DNA of 64,000 nucleotides, from contig DASRIZ010000243.1 in the NCBI GenBank assembly GCA_035649735.1, positions 19,034 to 83,033 of the forward strand, read 5' to 3'. The stretch is from Blastocatellia bacterium. GTDB lineage: Bacteria; Acidobacteriota; Blastocatellia; UBA7656. A model generated the notes under the pieces. That model did no database searches. It was given only the letters and a program-made list of their open reading frames with translations, and was not told where the DNA came from. The position numbers and the translations under genes were made by a program. Positions 40,121-49,522 of this stretch are shown here, one piece after another. Position 1 is the first letter of the stretch. Every line of letters begins with the position of its first letter.

Positions 40121-41728
40121 ATGAAAATTTTATCGGCAGCCGAAATGCGGGAGGTTGACCGCTTAACCACCGAACGATTCGGCGTGCCGAGCCTCCTGCT
40201 GATGGAGAATGCCGCAGCGCGCACGGTTGAAGAAGCGGAGAAAAAGTTTGGTGATCTGGCTGACAAACGCGCGCTAATTGTCTGCGGGCGCGGTAACAAC
40301 GGCGGCGACGGCGCCGCAATCGCAAGGCTTCTTCACAATAAAGGCGCATCCGTTGATACGTTGCTGCTTGGCCGTGTTGCCGATTCCAAAGGTGACGCGC
40401 GAGCGAACTTTGAAGCGGCGCTGGATATAGCGACAAAGTCGGGCGCGGGCTTTCGATTCATAGAGATTGAAACGCCTGAGCAATTCTGGGCGGAGGCCTC
40501 CCGCAACTCACACAACCTGTTCTTCGATGCGATCTTCGGGACTGGCCTGACGCGCCCGGCGTCCGGACTGTTCGAAGAAGCGATTCATCTGTTAAACGAT
40601 CACACAACTGACTCACCAGTTATCTCGGTTGATATCCCTTCGGGTATTCCCTCCGACTCGCCCGAGCTTATTGGTCCGGCCGTAAAGGCTGACCTCACAG
40701 TCACCTTCACCGCGCCTAAGATCGGCAATATTCTGCCGCCGGCCGCCGATTTTTGCGGCGAGGTGGTCGTCTCCCCAATCGGCTCGCCCGGGGAATTAAT
40801 CAACTCATCGGGATCGCGATTGAATCTTGTTGAGCGCGACGATGTTGCTCGCTGGCTGTGTGCATCGCGCCGGAATCCACACGCAAACAAAGGTGACGTC
40901 GGCAAGGTGTTGGTTGTCGCCGGGTCTCGCGGGAAAACAGGAGCGGCCTGTCTTACGGGCGAAGCCGCCCTCCGAGCCGGATGCGGCTTGGTAACGATTG
41001 CGACGCCGGAATCCAGCCAATCAGTCGTCGCATCGCGAGTCATCGCCGAGTGCATGAGCGAACCGCTTGCAGAAACTAAGGCGGGTTCGGTTGCTCGCGA
41101 AGCTGCAGATCGCGTGCTGGAGTTGGCCGCCGAGCGCGATGTTGTTGCAGTCGGACCAGGGCTTGGCTCGAGCGACAAGTCTACTCGAGCGTTCGTGAGG
41201 GCAGTAGCAATGAAACGGGGTCAGCCGATTGTGATCGATGCTGATGGGCTTAACTCGCTTGCACCGTGGGCGAAGAATTTGAAAGGCAGCGTCGAGCTTC
41301 CAATGATCCTTACTCCACACCCTGGTGAAATGTCTCGTCTTGTATCCCGATCAATAGCCGATGTACTAAAGAACTCAATTGACGTTGCGCGGTCGTTTGC
41401 GGCCGATCAAAGCGTTATCCTCGTGCTAAAGGGCAGTCCAACCATCGTCGCCGCTCCCGACGGCGAGGTCTATGTCAACTCAACCGGGAACTCAGGAATG
41501 GCGACTGGCGGAACAGGCGACGTTCTGACCGGAATGATCGGGTCTTTTGTGGCGCAGAAGCCCGACGATCCGCTTAGCGCGACAATCGCGGCGGTTTACA
41601 TGCACGGTCTTGCGGGCGACATCGCCGCCTCGCGAATGGGTGTTCGCGCGCTGATTGCGTCGGACATCACTGCTCACCTCGGCGACGCGTTCACATCAAT
41701 CGGCGGAGAAGGTGAAAGGCCGGCCTGA
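40121..41728 (+). CDS. nnr: Bifunctional NAD(P)H-hydrate repair enzyme Nnr (epimerase + ADP-dependent dehydratase)
   Basis: 535 aa. YjeF-N domain (GRGNNGGDGAA) and a C-terminal carbohydrate-kinase domain (GGTGDVLTGMIG). Confidence 0.92.
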   Translation: MKILSAAEMREVDRLTTERFGVPSLLLMENAAARTVEEAEKKFGDLADKRALIVCGRGNNGGDGAAIARLLHNKGASVDTLLLGRVADSKGDARANFEAALDIATKSGAGFRFIEIETPEQFWAEASRNSHNLFFDAIFGTGLTRPASGLFEEAIHLLNDHTTDSPVISVDIPSGIPSDSPELIGPAVKADLTVTFTAPKIGNILPPAADFCGEVVVSPIGSPGELINSSGSRLNLVERDDVARWLCASRRNPHANKGDVGKVLVVAGSRGKTGAACLTGEAALRAGCGLVTIATPESSQSVVASRVIAECMSEPLAETKAGSVAREAADRVLELAAERDVVAVGPGLGSSDKSTRAFVRAVAMKRGQPIVIDADGLNSLAPWAKNLKGSVELPMILTPHPGEMSRLVSRSIADVLKNSIDVARSFAADQSVILVLKGSPTIVAAPDGEVYVNSTGNSGMATGGTGDVLTGMIGSFVAQKPDDPLSATIAAVYMHGLAGDIAASRMGVRALIASDITAHLGDAFTSIGGEGERPA

Positions 41729-42189
41729 TGAAGTCGCGATCGAAACCAGAAACCAGAAAGCCGAAACCAGAAACCCATTTGGGCGAGTTCATCACTCGCT
41801 CGGCGGACGAAACATTCGCACTCGCGAGACGGATCGGCAGTCATCTCAACGGCGGCGAAGTGTTTCTCCTTACAGGCGATCTTGGCGCTGGTAAGACAGT
41901 ATTTGCTAAAGGGCTTGCGGCGGGCTTAGGTATTGATCCGGCGGATGTGACCAGCCCGACATTCACACTAGTCAATTCTTACGAAGGTAGATTGCGATTT
42001 TTCCACATCGATCTTTATCGGCTCGATGTCGGGGCGCACCAGGGGCTCGGGCTTGAGGAGATGTTCGATGACGCTAACGGAGTTACTGTAATTGAATGGG
42101 CTGAGAGATTAGAAATCGTTCCGGAGAACGCGACCAATGTTGGGATGATTTATGTCTCCGACTCGGAACGCAGGATCACCATAAGATGA
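41728..42189 (+). CDS. tsaE: tRNA t6A37 biosynthesis ATPase TsaE
   Basis: LTGDLGAGKTVFAKG P-loop and SPTFTLVNSY. ATG 41728 overlaps the nnr stop (ATGA) but would translate a heptamer repeat. Alternative TTG start at 41779. Confidence 0.85.
   Translation: MKSRSKPETRKPKPETHLGEFITRSADETFALARRIGSHLNGGEVFLLTGDLGAGKTVFAKGLAAGLGIDPADVTSPTFTLVNSYEGRLRFFHIDLYRLDVGAHQGLGLEEMFDDANGVTVIEWAERLEIVPENATNVGMIYVSDSERRITIR
41742..41776. repeat. One-armed GAAACCA tandem array
   Basis: GAAACCAGAAACCAGAAAGCCGAAACCAGAAACCC. Same unit as 2848-2918 and 28719-28840. No complementary arm nearby. Confidence 0.8.
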
Positions 42190-42238
42190 TGGGATTGCCG
42201 ATCGTCGATTGTGAGCGAAAAAAAGCGATCCCTTTGCA

Positions 42239-42799
42239 CTACACGGTCATCACTTCTTTCTCTTTATGCTCCGATAGGTCGTTAATCTTCGCGATGTGTT
42301 GATCGGTGAGCTTCTGTATCTGATCGAGCCCGTCTTTCTCCGCGTCTTCTGAAATCGTCTTGTCTTTGAGCATCTTTTTCAGGTGATCATTCGCGTCTCG
42401 GCGCACATTGCGGATTGCGGTGCGATGCTCTTCGGCGATCTCGTGGACCACTTTTACCATTTGCTTGCGCCGTTCTTCGGTGAGCGGCGGGATCGGCACG
42501 CGAATGAGCTTTCCGTCGTTTGAAGGATTCAGCCCAAGCTCCGATGCTCGAATAGCCTTCTCGATGTTCGCCAGCTGAGTCGGATCGAACGGCTGCACGG
42601 TGACCATCGTTGGTTCAGGCGCGTGGATGGTCGCAACCTGATTAAGCGGCATCTCAGTGCCGTAGTATTCGACGGTCACGTTGTCGAGCAGGCTAACCGA
42701 CGCACGGCCGGTGCGCACCGTTGTGAGCTTCTTGCGCGCATCTTCAACCGCGGAGTCCATCCGCTTTCGTGCGTCGTTGGCTATGTCTTTGATCTCCAT
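42239..42799 (-). CDS. frr: Ribosome recycling factor
   Basis: [19 protein letters not shown].. Frr pattern. GGAGG lies 6 nt upstream of ATG 42799; the track start 42805 abuts the SD. Confidence 0.93.
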   Translation of the reverse strand: MEIKDIANDARKRMDSAVEDARKKLTTVRTGRASVSLLDNVTVEYYGTEMPLNQVATIHAPEPTMVTVQPFDPTQLANIEKAIRASELGLNPSNDGKLIRVPIPPLTEERRKQMVKVVHEIAEEHRTAIRNVRRDANDHLKKMLKDKTISEDAEKDGLDQIQKLTDQHIAKINDLSEHKEKEVMTV

Positions 42800-42817
42800 C
42801 CTCATCCTCCATCACGT

Positions 42818-42858
42818 CAGATCTTAGATTTGTGGATTTTAGATTTCGAGGTGTCAGG
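42818..42858. repeat. Short direct TAGATTT/GGATTTT repeat tract in the pyrH-frr gap
   Basis: CTTAGATTTGTGGATTTTAGATTTCGAG. The unit is related to the 45586-45670 element. No clear opposing arm. Confidence 0.5.
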
Positions 42859-42866
42859 TGGCAAGC

Positions 42867-43622
42867 TCACGCTCCGGACAAACCCTTTGACTCGGCTCGA
42901 TTGTCGGGTCTCACGACGGTTCCGACTTGCTCGCCACAAACCACGCGGGCGATATTGCCGGGTTTGTTGAGGTTGAAGACGTGAATCGGCAGGCCCTGTT
43001 CGCGGCACAAGCTGATCGCTGAGGTGTCCATCACCTCTAGGTCCCGCTGTATGACATCCAGATAGGTTAGAGTTTCGAACATCGTAGCAGTGTTATCCTT
43101 GACCGGGTCAGCGGTGTAGATACCATCGACTTTCGTTGCCTTCAGGATTGCATCGGCTTTGATCTCCAGAGCTCGAAGCGCCGCGGCCGAGTCGGTTGTG
43201 AAAAATGGATTTCCGGTCCCTGCGGCAAAAATGACTATACGGCCTTTTTCCAGGTGACGAATCGCGCGCCGGCGGATAAAAGGCTCGGCCACTTCCTGCA
43301 TTTCAATGGCGCTCATGACTCGAGTGAACGCTTTTTGATTCTCGAGCGCATCCTGGAGCGCTATTGCATTGAGCGCCGTCGCCAGCATGCCCATATAATC
43401 AGCAGAAGCTCGGTCCAGACCCTTGGCCGCCAGCGCCAATCCTCGAAAGATGTTACCTCCGCCAACCACTATGGCCACTTCGACCCCGAGGTTGTGTACG
43501 TCATTCACTTCCTGTGCAATTCGAGTAATGGTGACGGGATCGATCCCGTAATTCTGATCGCCCATCAGGGCTTCGCCCGATAGCTTTAGCAATATTCGCT
43601 TGTAGATTGGTTTTGCCGACAT
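42867..43622 (-). CDS. pyrH: UMP kinase
   Basis: 251 aa. [41 protein letters not shown]. Confidence 0.95.
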   Translation of the reverse strand: MSAKPIYKRILLKLSGEALMGDQNYGIDPVTITRIAQEVNDVHNLGVEVAIVVGGGNIFRGLALAAKGLDRASADYMGMLATALNAIALQDALENQKAFTRVMSAIEMQEVAEPFIRRRAIRHLEKGRIVIFAAGTGNPFFTTDSAAALRALEIKADAILKATKVDGIYTADPVKDNTATMFETLTYLDVIQRDLEVMDTSAISLCREQGLPIHVFNLNKPGNIARVVCGEQVGTVVRPDNRAESKGLSGA

Positions 43623-43633
43623 AGTTCCGTGAG

Positions 43634-43662
43634 ATTATGGCTGAGGACGGTTTGATTGACAA
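43634..43662 (-). promoter_or_regulatory. Putative sigma-70-type promoter for pyrH
   Basis: Minus strand reads TTGTCA-17 nt-CATAAT, then 11 nt to the pyrH ATG with no SD. Confidence 0.35.
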
Positions 43663-43690
43663 CAAAAAAGCCTCTCTTGCGAGAGGCTCT
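43663..43690 (-). terminator. Intrinsic terminator downstream of tsf
   Basis: Minus strand: AGCCTCTC-GCAA-GAGAGGCT stem-loop (43669-43688) followed by TTTTTTG. Confidence 0.6.
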
Positions 43691-43698
43691 CTTGTTTA

Positions 43699-44370
43699 TT
43701 ACTTGTTGCCGCCAAGTAAGTCCTGGACTTCGGCTCCAAGATCGGATGTGCGTTTCTCGAGCCCCTCGCCCATCTTATAGCGAGTGAACCGCCGCACGCG
43801 TATGTTCTCGCCGGTTTTCGAAATCATTTGCCTGACCAGGTCACCGACGGTGATGTTCTGGTCTTTGACGAAGGCCTGCTCCATCAGACAGGTTTCCTGA
43901 TAGAACTTGCTGATCCGTCCTTCGACGATCTTATCGAGCACCTGTTGAGGCTTGCCGGCGTTCTTGGGATCCAGGTGTGCTTGTTCGAGCGCAATCTCAC
44001 GCTCTTTGTCGAGCACATCAGCGGGTACATCTTCCTTGTTCGTGTATCGCGGCTCAGCCGCGGTAATGTGCATCGCCAGATCGTGAACAAAAGCGCGGAA
44101 CTCTTCGGTGCGCGCAACGAAATCGGTCTGGCAGTTGACTTCCAACAGCACGCCGATCTTGCCACCCGCATGAATGTACGCGTTCACCAGTCCTTCGGCG
44201 GCCACCCGTCCCTCCTTTTTGGTTGCCGAGGCAAGTCCGTGCTTGCGCAGATTCTCGATAGCCTTTTCTTCATCGCCCTCTGCTTCGGTAAGCGCTTTTT
44301 TGCATTCCATCATGCCCGCGCCGGTCTTTTGCCTGAGAGCTTGGATCGCTGCCGCTGTTACATTAGCCAT
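43699..44370 (-). CDS. tsf: Elongation factor Ts
   Basis: The family N-terminus starts at ATG 44370 ([27 protein letters not shown]), with AGGGAGAG upstream. 223 aa. Confidence 0.93.
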   Translation of the reverse strand: MANVTAAAIQALRQKTGAGMMECKKALTEAEGDEEKAIENLRKHGLASATKKEGRVAAEGLVNAYIHAGGKIGVLLEVNCQTDFVARTEEFRAFVHDLAMHITAAEPRYTNKEDVPADVLDKEREIALEQAHLDPKNAGKPQQVLDKIVEGRISKFYQETCLMEQAFVKDQNITVGDLVRQMISKTGENIRVRRFTRYKMGEGLEKRTSDLGAEVQDLLGGNK

Positions 44371-44483
44371 TACTACGTGACTCTCCCTATCGCTGTGAAT
44401 TTGGTTGATTGAAGATGGACAAGGCAAGACGAGGCGCCTGGTCCTGCCGAGCGACGCTCACCCTTTGCCTCTCGCGCAAGCCG

Positions 44484-45491
44484 TTATTCTGAAGCTTCCG
44501 CGGTTTCCGCTTTCGGAGGTTGCTCGAGGTCGCCGGTCGCCACCGCAACCGGTTCAGGTTCTGGTGGAGCGCTCTCGGACTCGGCAGTCGAGGATGCTTC
44601 GGGAATGATCGGCTCAGGAATCGGCGGCGCGCCTGGCGGTACGTAAGTAGTTCGTCGCGCACCCCTACTACGTTCACCGCCGCGTCCGCGTCCGCGGCCG
44701 CGATCACGATCGCCTCTTTCCGAACGGTCGCGTGTCGACTCCGGTGACCCAGTCGCTGCGGCTTCGGTTCCTTCGGAAGCCTCACCAATCTCGGCGCCGC
44801 CCTCTTTCACCGTCTGTTGACCCTCGATGATTGCATCGGCCATCTTAGCTGCAAACAATCGCACCGCGCGCAACGCGTCATCGTTTCCCGGCACAATGTA
44901 GTCGATTCCATCGGGGTTGCAATTCGTATCGACGATGGCAACGGTCGTAATGCCAAGCTTGTTGGCCTCGTGAACGGCAATCTCTTCCTTATTTGAGTCG
45001 ATGATGAAGATGACGTCAGGCAACACCTTCATATCGCGTATTCCGGCGAGATTTTTCTCGAGAGCTGCGTGCTCGCGATCGAGTCCAAGACGCTCCTTTT
45101 TGGTAAGCGCGTCGAAGCGTCCATCGGTGCGCATTGTCTCGATGTCTTTCATGCGCTGGATGGATTTCTGCACGGTTTGGAAGTTAGTCAACAACCCGCC
45201 GAGCCAGCGTTGATTGACATAAAACTGGCCGCAACGTTTTGCTTCTTCTTCGACGGCATCCTGCGCCTGGCGCTTGGTGCCGACAAACATGAAGCTGGCG
45301 CCGTCCATGCCCTTCTGGGTTACAAACTTGACCGCCTCCTTGAAGAGCCGCTGGGTCTTCTGGAGATCAATGATGTAAATTCCGTTTCGTTCACCGAAGA
45401 TAAACTCCTTCATCTTCGGGTTCCAACGCCTGACCTGATGTCCGAAGTGGACGCCAGCTTCAAGCAGTTCCTTCATCGTTACTGTGACCAA
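44484..45491 (-). CDS. rpsB: 30S ribosomal protein S2 with ~109-aa low-complexity C-terminal tail
   Basis: TTG start 5 nt after [33 protein letters not shown]. The tail is rich in RG then P/E. Confidence 0.95.
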   Translation of the reverse strand: MVTVTMKELLEAGVHFGHQVRRWNPKMKEFIFGERNGIYIIDLQKTQRLFKEAVKFVTQKGMDGASFMFVGTKRQAQDAVEEEAKRCGQFYVNQRWLGGLLTNFQTVQKSIQRMKDIETMRTDGRFDALTKKERLGLDREHAALEKNLAGIRDMKVLPDVIFIIDSNKEEIAVHEANKLGITTVAIVDTNCNPDGIDYIVPGNDDALRAVRLFAAKMADAIIEGQQTVKEGGAEIGEASEGTEAAATGSPESTRDRSERGDRDRGRGRGRGGERSRGARRTTYVPPGAPPIPEPIIPEASSTAESESAPPEPEPVAVATGDLEQPPKAETAEASE

Positions 45492-45585
45492 GCGATCCTC
45501 CTAACACACGTGAATTGGTTTATGTACTCACCGGTTTGCGTTCCAAATTGTCCTTTTGGAACAACCAATCGCGAGAACCGGCAAT

Positions 45586-45670
45586 GGAATTGCGGATTTC
45601 GGATTGCTGATCTCGGATTGCAGATTGCTGATTGAAATCCGCAATCCACAATTCGAAATCCGCAATCGAA
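45586..45670. repeat. Heptamer-armed hairpin (TGCGGAT/TTCGGAT units) in the rpsI-rpsB gap
   Basis: Left arm GGAATTGCGGATTTCGGATTGCTGATCTCGGATTGCAGATTGCTGATT faces AAATCCGCAATCCACAATTCGAAATCCGCAATCGAA. Confidence 0.85.
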
Positions 45671-45671
45671 G

Positions 45672-46067
45672 TTACCGCTTCGAGAACTGGAAGCGCGCTC
45701 GCGCGCCCTTCTGGCCGTACTTCTTTCGCTCTTTTGCCCGCGGGTCGCGCGTGACAAAGCCCGCCTTTTTCAACCTGACGCGAAACTCGGGGTTCAATTC
45801 AACCAGCGCGCGGGTGATACCGTGTCGCACTGCGCCCGCCTGTCCGGCCGGCCCTCCGCCGTTTACGTTCACCAGGACATCGAACTTGTTGACCGAGTCT
45901 GTCAGATGTAGCGGCTGTCGAATAACCATCCGATGGGTCTCGTTCTTAAAGTAATCTTCAAACTTCCGCTTGTTGACGGTGATCTCTCCGGTTCCGGGTC
46001 TGAGAAAAACTCGCGCCGTAGCGCTCTTGCGGCGACCGGTGCCGTAATTCTGAATCGTCTCTGCCAC
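45672..46067 (-). CDS. rpsI: 30S ribosomal protein S9
   Basis: [13 protein letters not shown] .. [21 protein letters not shown] 46067 lies 7 nt after AAGGAG; the track start TTG 46073 is too close to the SD. Confidence 0.95.
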   Translation of the reverse strand: MAETIQNYGTGRRKSATARVFLRPGTGEITVNKRKFEDYFKNETHRMVIRQPLHLTDSVNKFDVLVNVNGGGPAGQAGAVRHGITRALVELNPEFRVRLKKAGFVTRDPRAKERKKYGQKGARARFQFSKR

Positions 46068-46119
46068 TATCAATCTCCTTCAAATCCCAAAGCCCGGCGC
46101 TTCCGGGTTCAACTCTTGA

Positions 46120-46551
46120 CTACGGGAGCGGCTCGGGTCGTTGGGCTTGATGCGGATGGTCGGTTCCAACATAAACCTTTAACTTTTTGCCCATTTTCCG
46201 GCCGAGTTTGTTTTTCGGAAGCATGCCCCGAATCGCCGATTCGAGGATTCGCTCCGGATGGCGCTTCATCATCTTCTCGGCGGTCACTTCCTTCAGCCCG
46301 CCGGGCCACCCGGTATGATGCCTGTAGACCTTGTCCTTTAGCTTGTTGCCGGTGAAGACCACCTTCTCAGCATTGATGATGACCACGTGATCGCCAACAT
46401 CGATGAATGGAGTATATGTTGTTTTATTCTTTCCCATCAGTAGCCGGGCAGCGACAGTCGCAAGCCGGCCGACGGTCTTCCCGTCTGCGTCGATGATAAA
46501 CCAATTGCGGTTCTGCTCCAGATTCTTCCCGCTCGGTATGAATGTCTGCAT
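46120..46551 (-). CDS. rplM: 50S ribosomal protein L13
   Basis: The family N-terminus starts at ATG 46551 ([31 protein letters not shown]). 143 aa. Confidence 0.95.
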   Translation of the reverse strand: MQTFIPSGKNLEQNRNWFIIDADGKTVGRLATVAARLLMGKNKTTYTPFIDVGDHVVIINAEKVVFTGNKLKDKVYRHHTGWPGGLKEVTAEKMMKRHPERILESAIRGMLPKNKLGRKMGKKLKVYVGTDHPHQAQRPEPLP

Positions 46552-46592
46552 GACACGAATCTCCAAATTCCCCTTAAAGAAAAGGAACGGAC

Positions 46593-46622
46593 AGCATACG
46601 AAATGGTCGCTGCGGTTGTCAA
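46593..46622 (-). promoter_or_regulatory. Putative sigma-70-type promoter for rplM-rpsI
   Basis: Minus strand TTGACA-18 nt-TATGCT, about 40 nt upstream of the rplM ATG. Confidence 0.4.
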
Positions 46623-46736
46623 GACGATTAAAAACGGGACTTTGGCCGTTATCAAAAAGAGCGTGCGCCACTCTGGAAATCACATATAATCCCGACTCAC
46701 GTTGTTTCCTAACAATTCCAAAGGAGAGCCCCTCTC

Positions 46737-47945
46737 GTGAAACCAACTAAAATGGTCGGCATCGCCCTACTCCTTTTGCCTGGGTGTTGGTTCGCATCGA
46801 GTTACTCAGCGTCTGCGCAAACGGTTAGCACTCAAACAACCCCCGGCGCCACGCCCAGGGTCAAATCAATCCTCGAGGGACACCTCGGTGCGGATACCCT
46901 GATCCGTGTTGAGGTCGAACACCTTGATGAGTGGGTGAAGGAGAATGACGCAAAGAAACTCGTTCCCTATCTGAACGGCTTGGCGATCCGCGGCAACTAC
47001 CCTGCTGAGATTCATGCCTCCCAGAACCATTTGCTATTTCATTTGCGGATCACTCCGAAGAACAAGGAAGTATGGGTCGATTTGCTGGGTGAGCCGACGG
47101 ACATTCTCAGACCGGTATTCTTCAGCGTGGGACTTGAAGATCAATCGCCATTCGAGACCGTATACCCCCCGAGCAATAGAGTTCCACTTACCGTAATCTC
47201 ACCGGCCTACGGCCTAATCGGATTGATTGTCGTTCTGACCACTTTGATTGTGCTTGTCTGGTTGGCGCGGAACACCAACATCATCCGTGAGCCCGGACCT
47301 AGGCCGCCCGGCGGAAAGCACCGGCCTTACAATCTGGGCCGCACCCAGATGGCGTTCTGGTTCTTTCTGGTCTACGCGTCGTACCTGATGATCTGGTTGA
47401 TTACAGATGCACTCGATACGATCACGCCGTCGTTGCTTGGACTGATGGGTATCAGCGCCGGCACCGCCTTGAGCGAGGCAATGATCGATTCCGGCAAGGA
47501 TGTCGCAAAGACGGGCCAGCTACAGGATCGGACGGCTGAGAAACAGACTCTGGACCAGAGCATCCCGGAGCTTCAAGCGCAACTCGACAGCCTCATCGCA
47601 AAAGACCAAATGACGCCCGAAGATATCTTCAACCGCGACGCCGTGAGCAAACAGCTCCAGGACAATCGGACACGGCTTGCTCAGGTTAGCCAGCAAATTC
47701 AGGCTCTCACGCCGCCTGCATCGGCCGTCGTCTCCACAAGCTTTCTTCGAGATATTCTCAGTGATTCAAGCGGGTATAGCTTTCATCGGTTTCAGATTTT
47801 TGCGTGGACGATCGTACTGGGAGTCATTTTTGTCTCGTCGGTGTATAACAGATTGTCCATGCCGGAGTTCAGCACGACCTTGCTTGGTCTGATGGGGATC
47901 AGCTCCGGAACATATATCGGTTTCAAGTTTCCTGAACAAAGGTGA
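46737..47945 (+). CDS. Hypothetical membrane protein with internal coiled coil and duplicated [11 protein letters not shown] motif
   Basis: 402 aa. GTG start 8 nt after AAGGAGAG. Signal peptide, TM helices, Q/L-rich coiled coil, and two copies of LLGLMGIS(A/S)GT. Confidence 0.55.
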   Translation: MKPTKMVGIALLLLPGCWFASSYSASAQTVSTQTTPGATPRVKSILEGHLGADTLIRVEVEHLDEWVKENDAKKLVPYLNGLAIRGNYPAEIHASQNHLLFHLRITPKNKEVWVDLLGEPTDILRPVFFSVGLEDQSPFETVYPPSNRVPLTVISPAYGLIGLIVVLTTLIVLVWLARNTNIIREPGPRPPGGKHRPYNLGRTQMAFWFFLVYASYLMIWLITDALDTITPSLLGLMGISAGTALSEAMIDSGKDVAKTGQLQDRTAEKQTLDQSIPELQAQLDSLIAKDQMTPEDIFNRDAVSKQLQDNRTRLAQVSQQIQALTPPASAVVSTSFLRDILSDSSGYSFHRFQIFAWTIVLGVIFVSSVYNRLSMPEFSTTLLGLMGISSGTYIGFKFPEQR

Positions 47946-48204
47946 GAGTCAGGTATGGTTCAGCGCGACGCAGCAGTGGCCTCTTGTCAGACCATGAGAC
48001 AAGAATGAACCCCGCAACTCGCGGCAGGAGAGCCCGAGATGTCGAAATACGCGTAGCGATTATTTGCTTTTGAGGCTATCATTTCACCCTCGGTTAACCG
48101 TGTGAGTGCCCGCATAGGTTCAACTAAATGAAACTCTAAGAGGCGGCAAGCGTTCTGTCCGACGACCCAAGGCAGACTCTTGAAGAAATGAAGGGGAAGA
48201 AGTC

Positions 48205-49491
48205 TTGACCCACTGGTTCTTCAAAATGGGAAGACGGCGCGCGGCAATCCTCTGTTGCCTCGTACTGCTGGCGTTGTTCGTGCCGGCCTCTTTCGTCATT
48301 AAATCAAACTCTTCAAACGGCAACTCGACGCCGGCACCCGATGTTGTGGCTCTGGACGGGATAACTGGCGAACTCGCCCGGGTTCGCAGAGGTGCGATCG
48401 AAAAGCGGCTTTTGCTGGACGGAGAGCTCCGCGCGGTGTCTTCTCGGACAATTTTTTCCTCGACTTCCGAAGAAGCTAAGATCACTTATCTACCTCCGGA
48501 AGGCAGCCTGGTAAAAGCTGGAGAACGAGTCGTCGAGCTTGATAATTCAACGATTCTCAGCAGGATCACGGATATTGAAGAGCGAATCATCGCCGCCGAA
48601 AACGACATCGACAAGACAAAATCCCAACACGAAGGCGCGCTTCGCGATATGGACGTCGTGTTAAGCAATCTCTGGCTTGTCTATGAACAATCAAAACTCG
48701 ACGTAAACATCCCGGCCAGCGTAGTGCCGCGACGTAAATATCAGGAGAATCAGCTGGCGTTTGACAAAGGTAAGACTGAGTATGACAACCAGCTTGCGAA
48801 GATAGAGCAAAAGAAGAAGGAGCAGGCCGCAGAGCTTCACGTAAAGGTTATTGAAAAAGACAAACTGGGTGTTCGGCTCAACCAGATCAAGGCGAACCTT
48901 GCAAGCATGACTTTGACCGCGCCCGCCGACGGGATGGTGATTTACGGTGACCATTGGATGGAGCGGCGCAAGATTCAAGTCGGGGACATGGTGTGGGGCG
49001 GGTTCCCGCTCGTTAGGCTGCCAGATTTGAAAGAGATGGAAGTGCTCGCTCAGGTAAATGAAGTCGACGGTCCGCGATTGTCGATCGGTCAGAAGGCACT
49101 AGTGAGGCTGGACAGCTACCCCGACACCGAGATAACCGGTTCGGTAAAGAACATCGCTCAGACGGCAATCAAGGCGAGCTGGATGGCCAAAGCCAAGGTC
49201 TTTCTTGTAGTGATCGCGCTCGACAGGACCGTCACCGAAATCATGAAGCCAGGTATGTCAGCCCAGGTCTCACTGGCCATCAACGAACAACCGGCGCTTT
49301 TGCTTGTCCCCCGGTCCTCGGTTCAGTTTGAAGGCGGTTCGGCGCAAGTCATGAGGTTCGAAGGCGACAAAGACAGACGCGCGGTCGCCGTGACCATCCT
49401 GTCGGCGGATCCCCTCCACTATGCGGTCGCGGATGATGGAGTGCTCAAAGAGGGCGATCGGATTCTGACCCGATGGAATCGTGAGGAGTAG
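48205..49491 (+). CDS. HlyD-family periplasmic adaptor (membrane fusion protein), paralog 1
   Basis: 428 aa. N-terminal TM, coiled-coil hairpin, LTAPADGMVIY and barrel motifs. Start TTG 48205 or ATG 48226. Confidence 0.8.
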   Translation: MTHWFFKMGRRRAAILCCLVLLALFVPASFVIKSNSSNGNSTPAPDVVALDGITGELARVRRGAIEKRLLLDGELRAVSSRTIFSSTSEEAKITYLPPEGSLVKAGERVVELDNSTILSRITDIEERIIAAENDIDKTKSQHEGALRDMDVVLSNLWLVYEQSKLDVNIPASVVPRRKYQENQLAFDKGKTEYDNQLAKIEQKKKEQAAELHVKVIEKDKLGVRLNQIKANLASMTLTAPADGMVIYGDHWMERRKIQVGDMVWGGFPLVRLPDLKEMEVLAQVNEVDGPRLSIGQKALVRLDSYPDTEITGSVKNIAQTAIKASWMAKAKVFLVVIALDRTVTEIMKPGMSAQVSLAINEQPALLLVPRSSVQFEGGSAQVMRFEGDKDRRAVAVTILSADPLHYAVADDGVLKEGDRILTRWNREE

Positions 49492-49522
49492 ACGATTGTG
49501 AGGCCGTGAGACGCTACTACGA

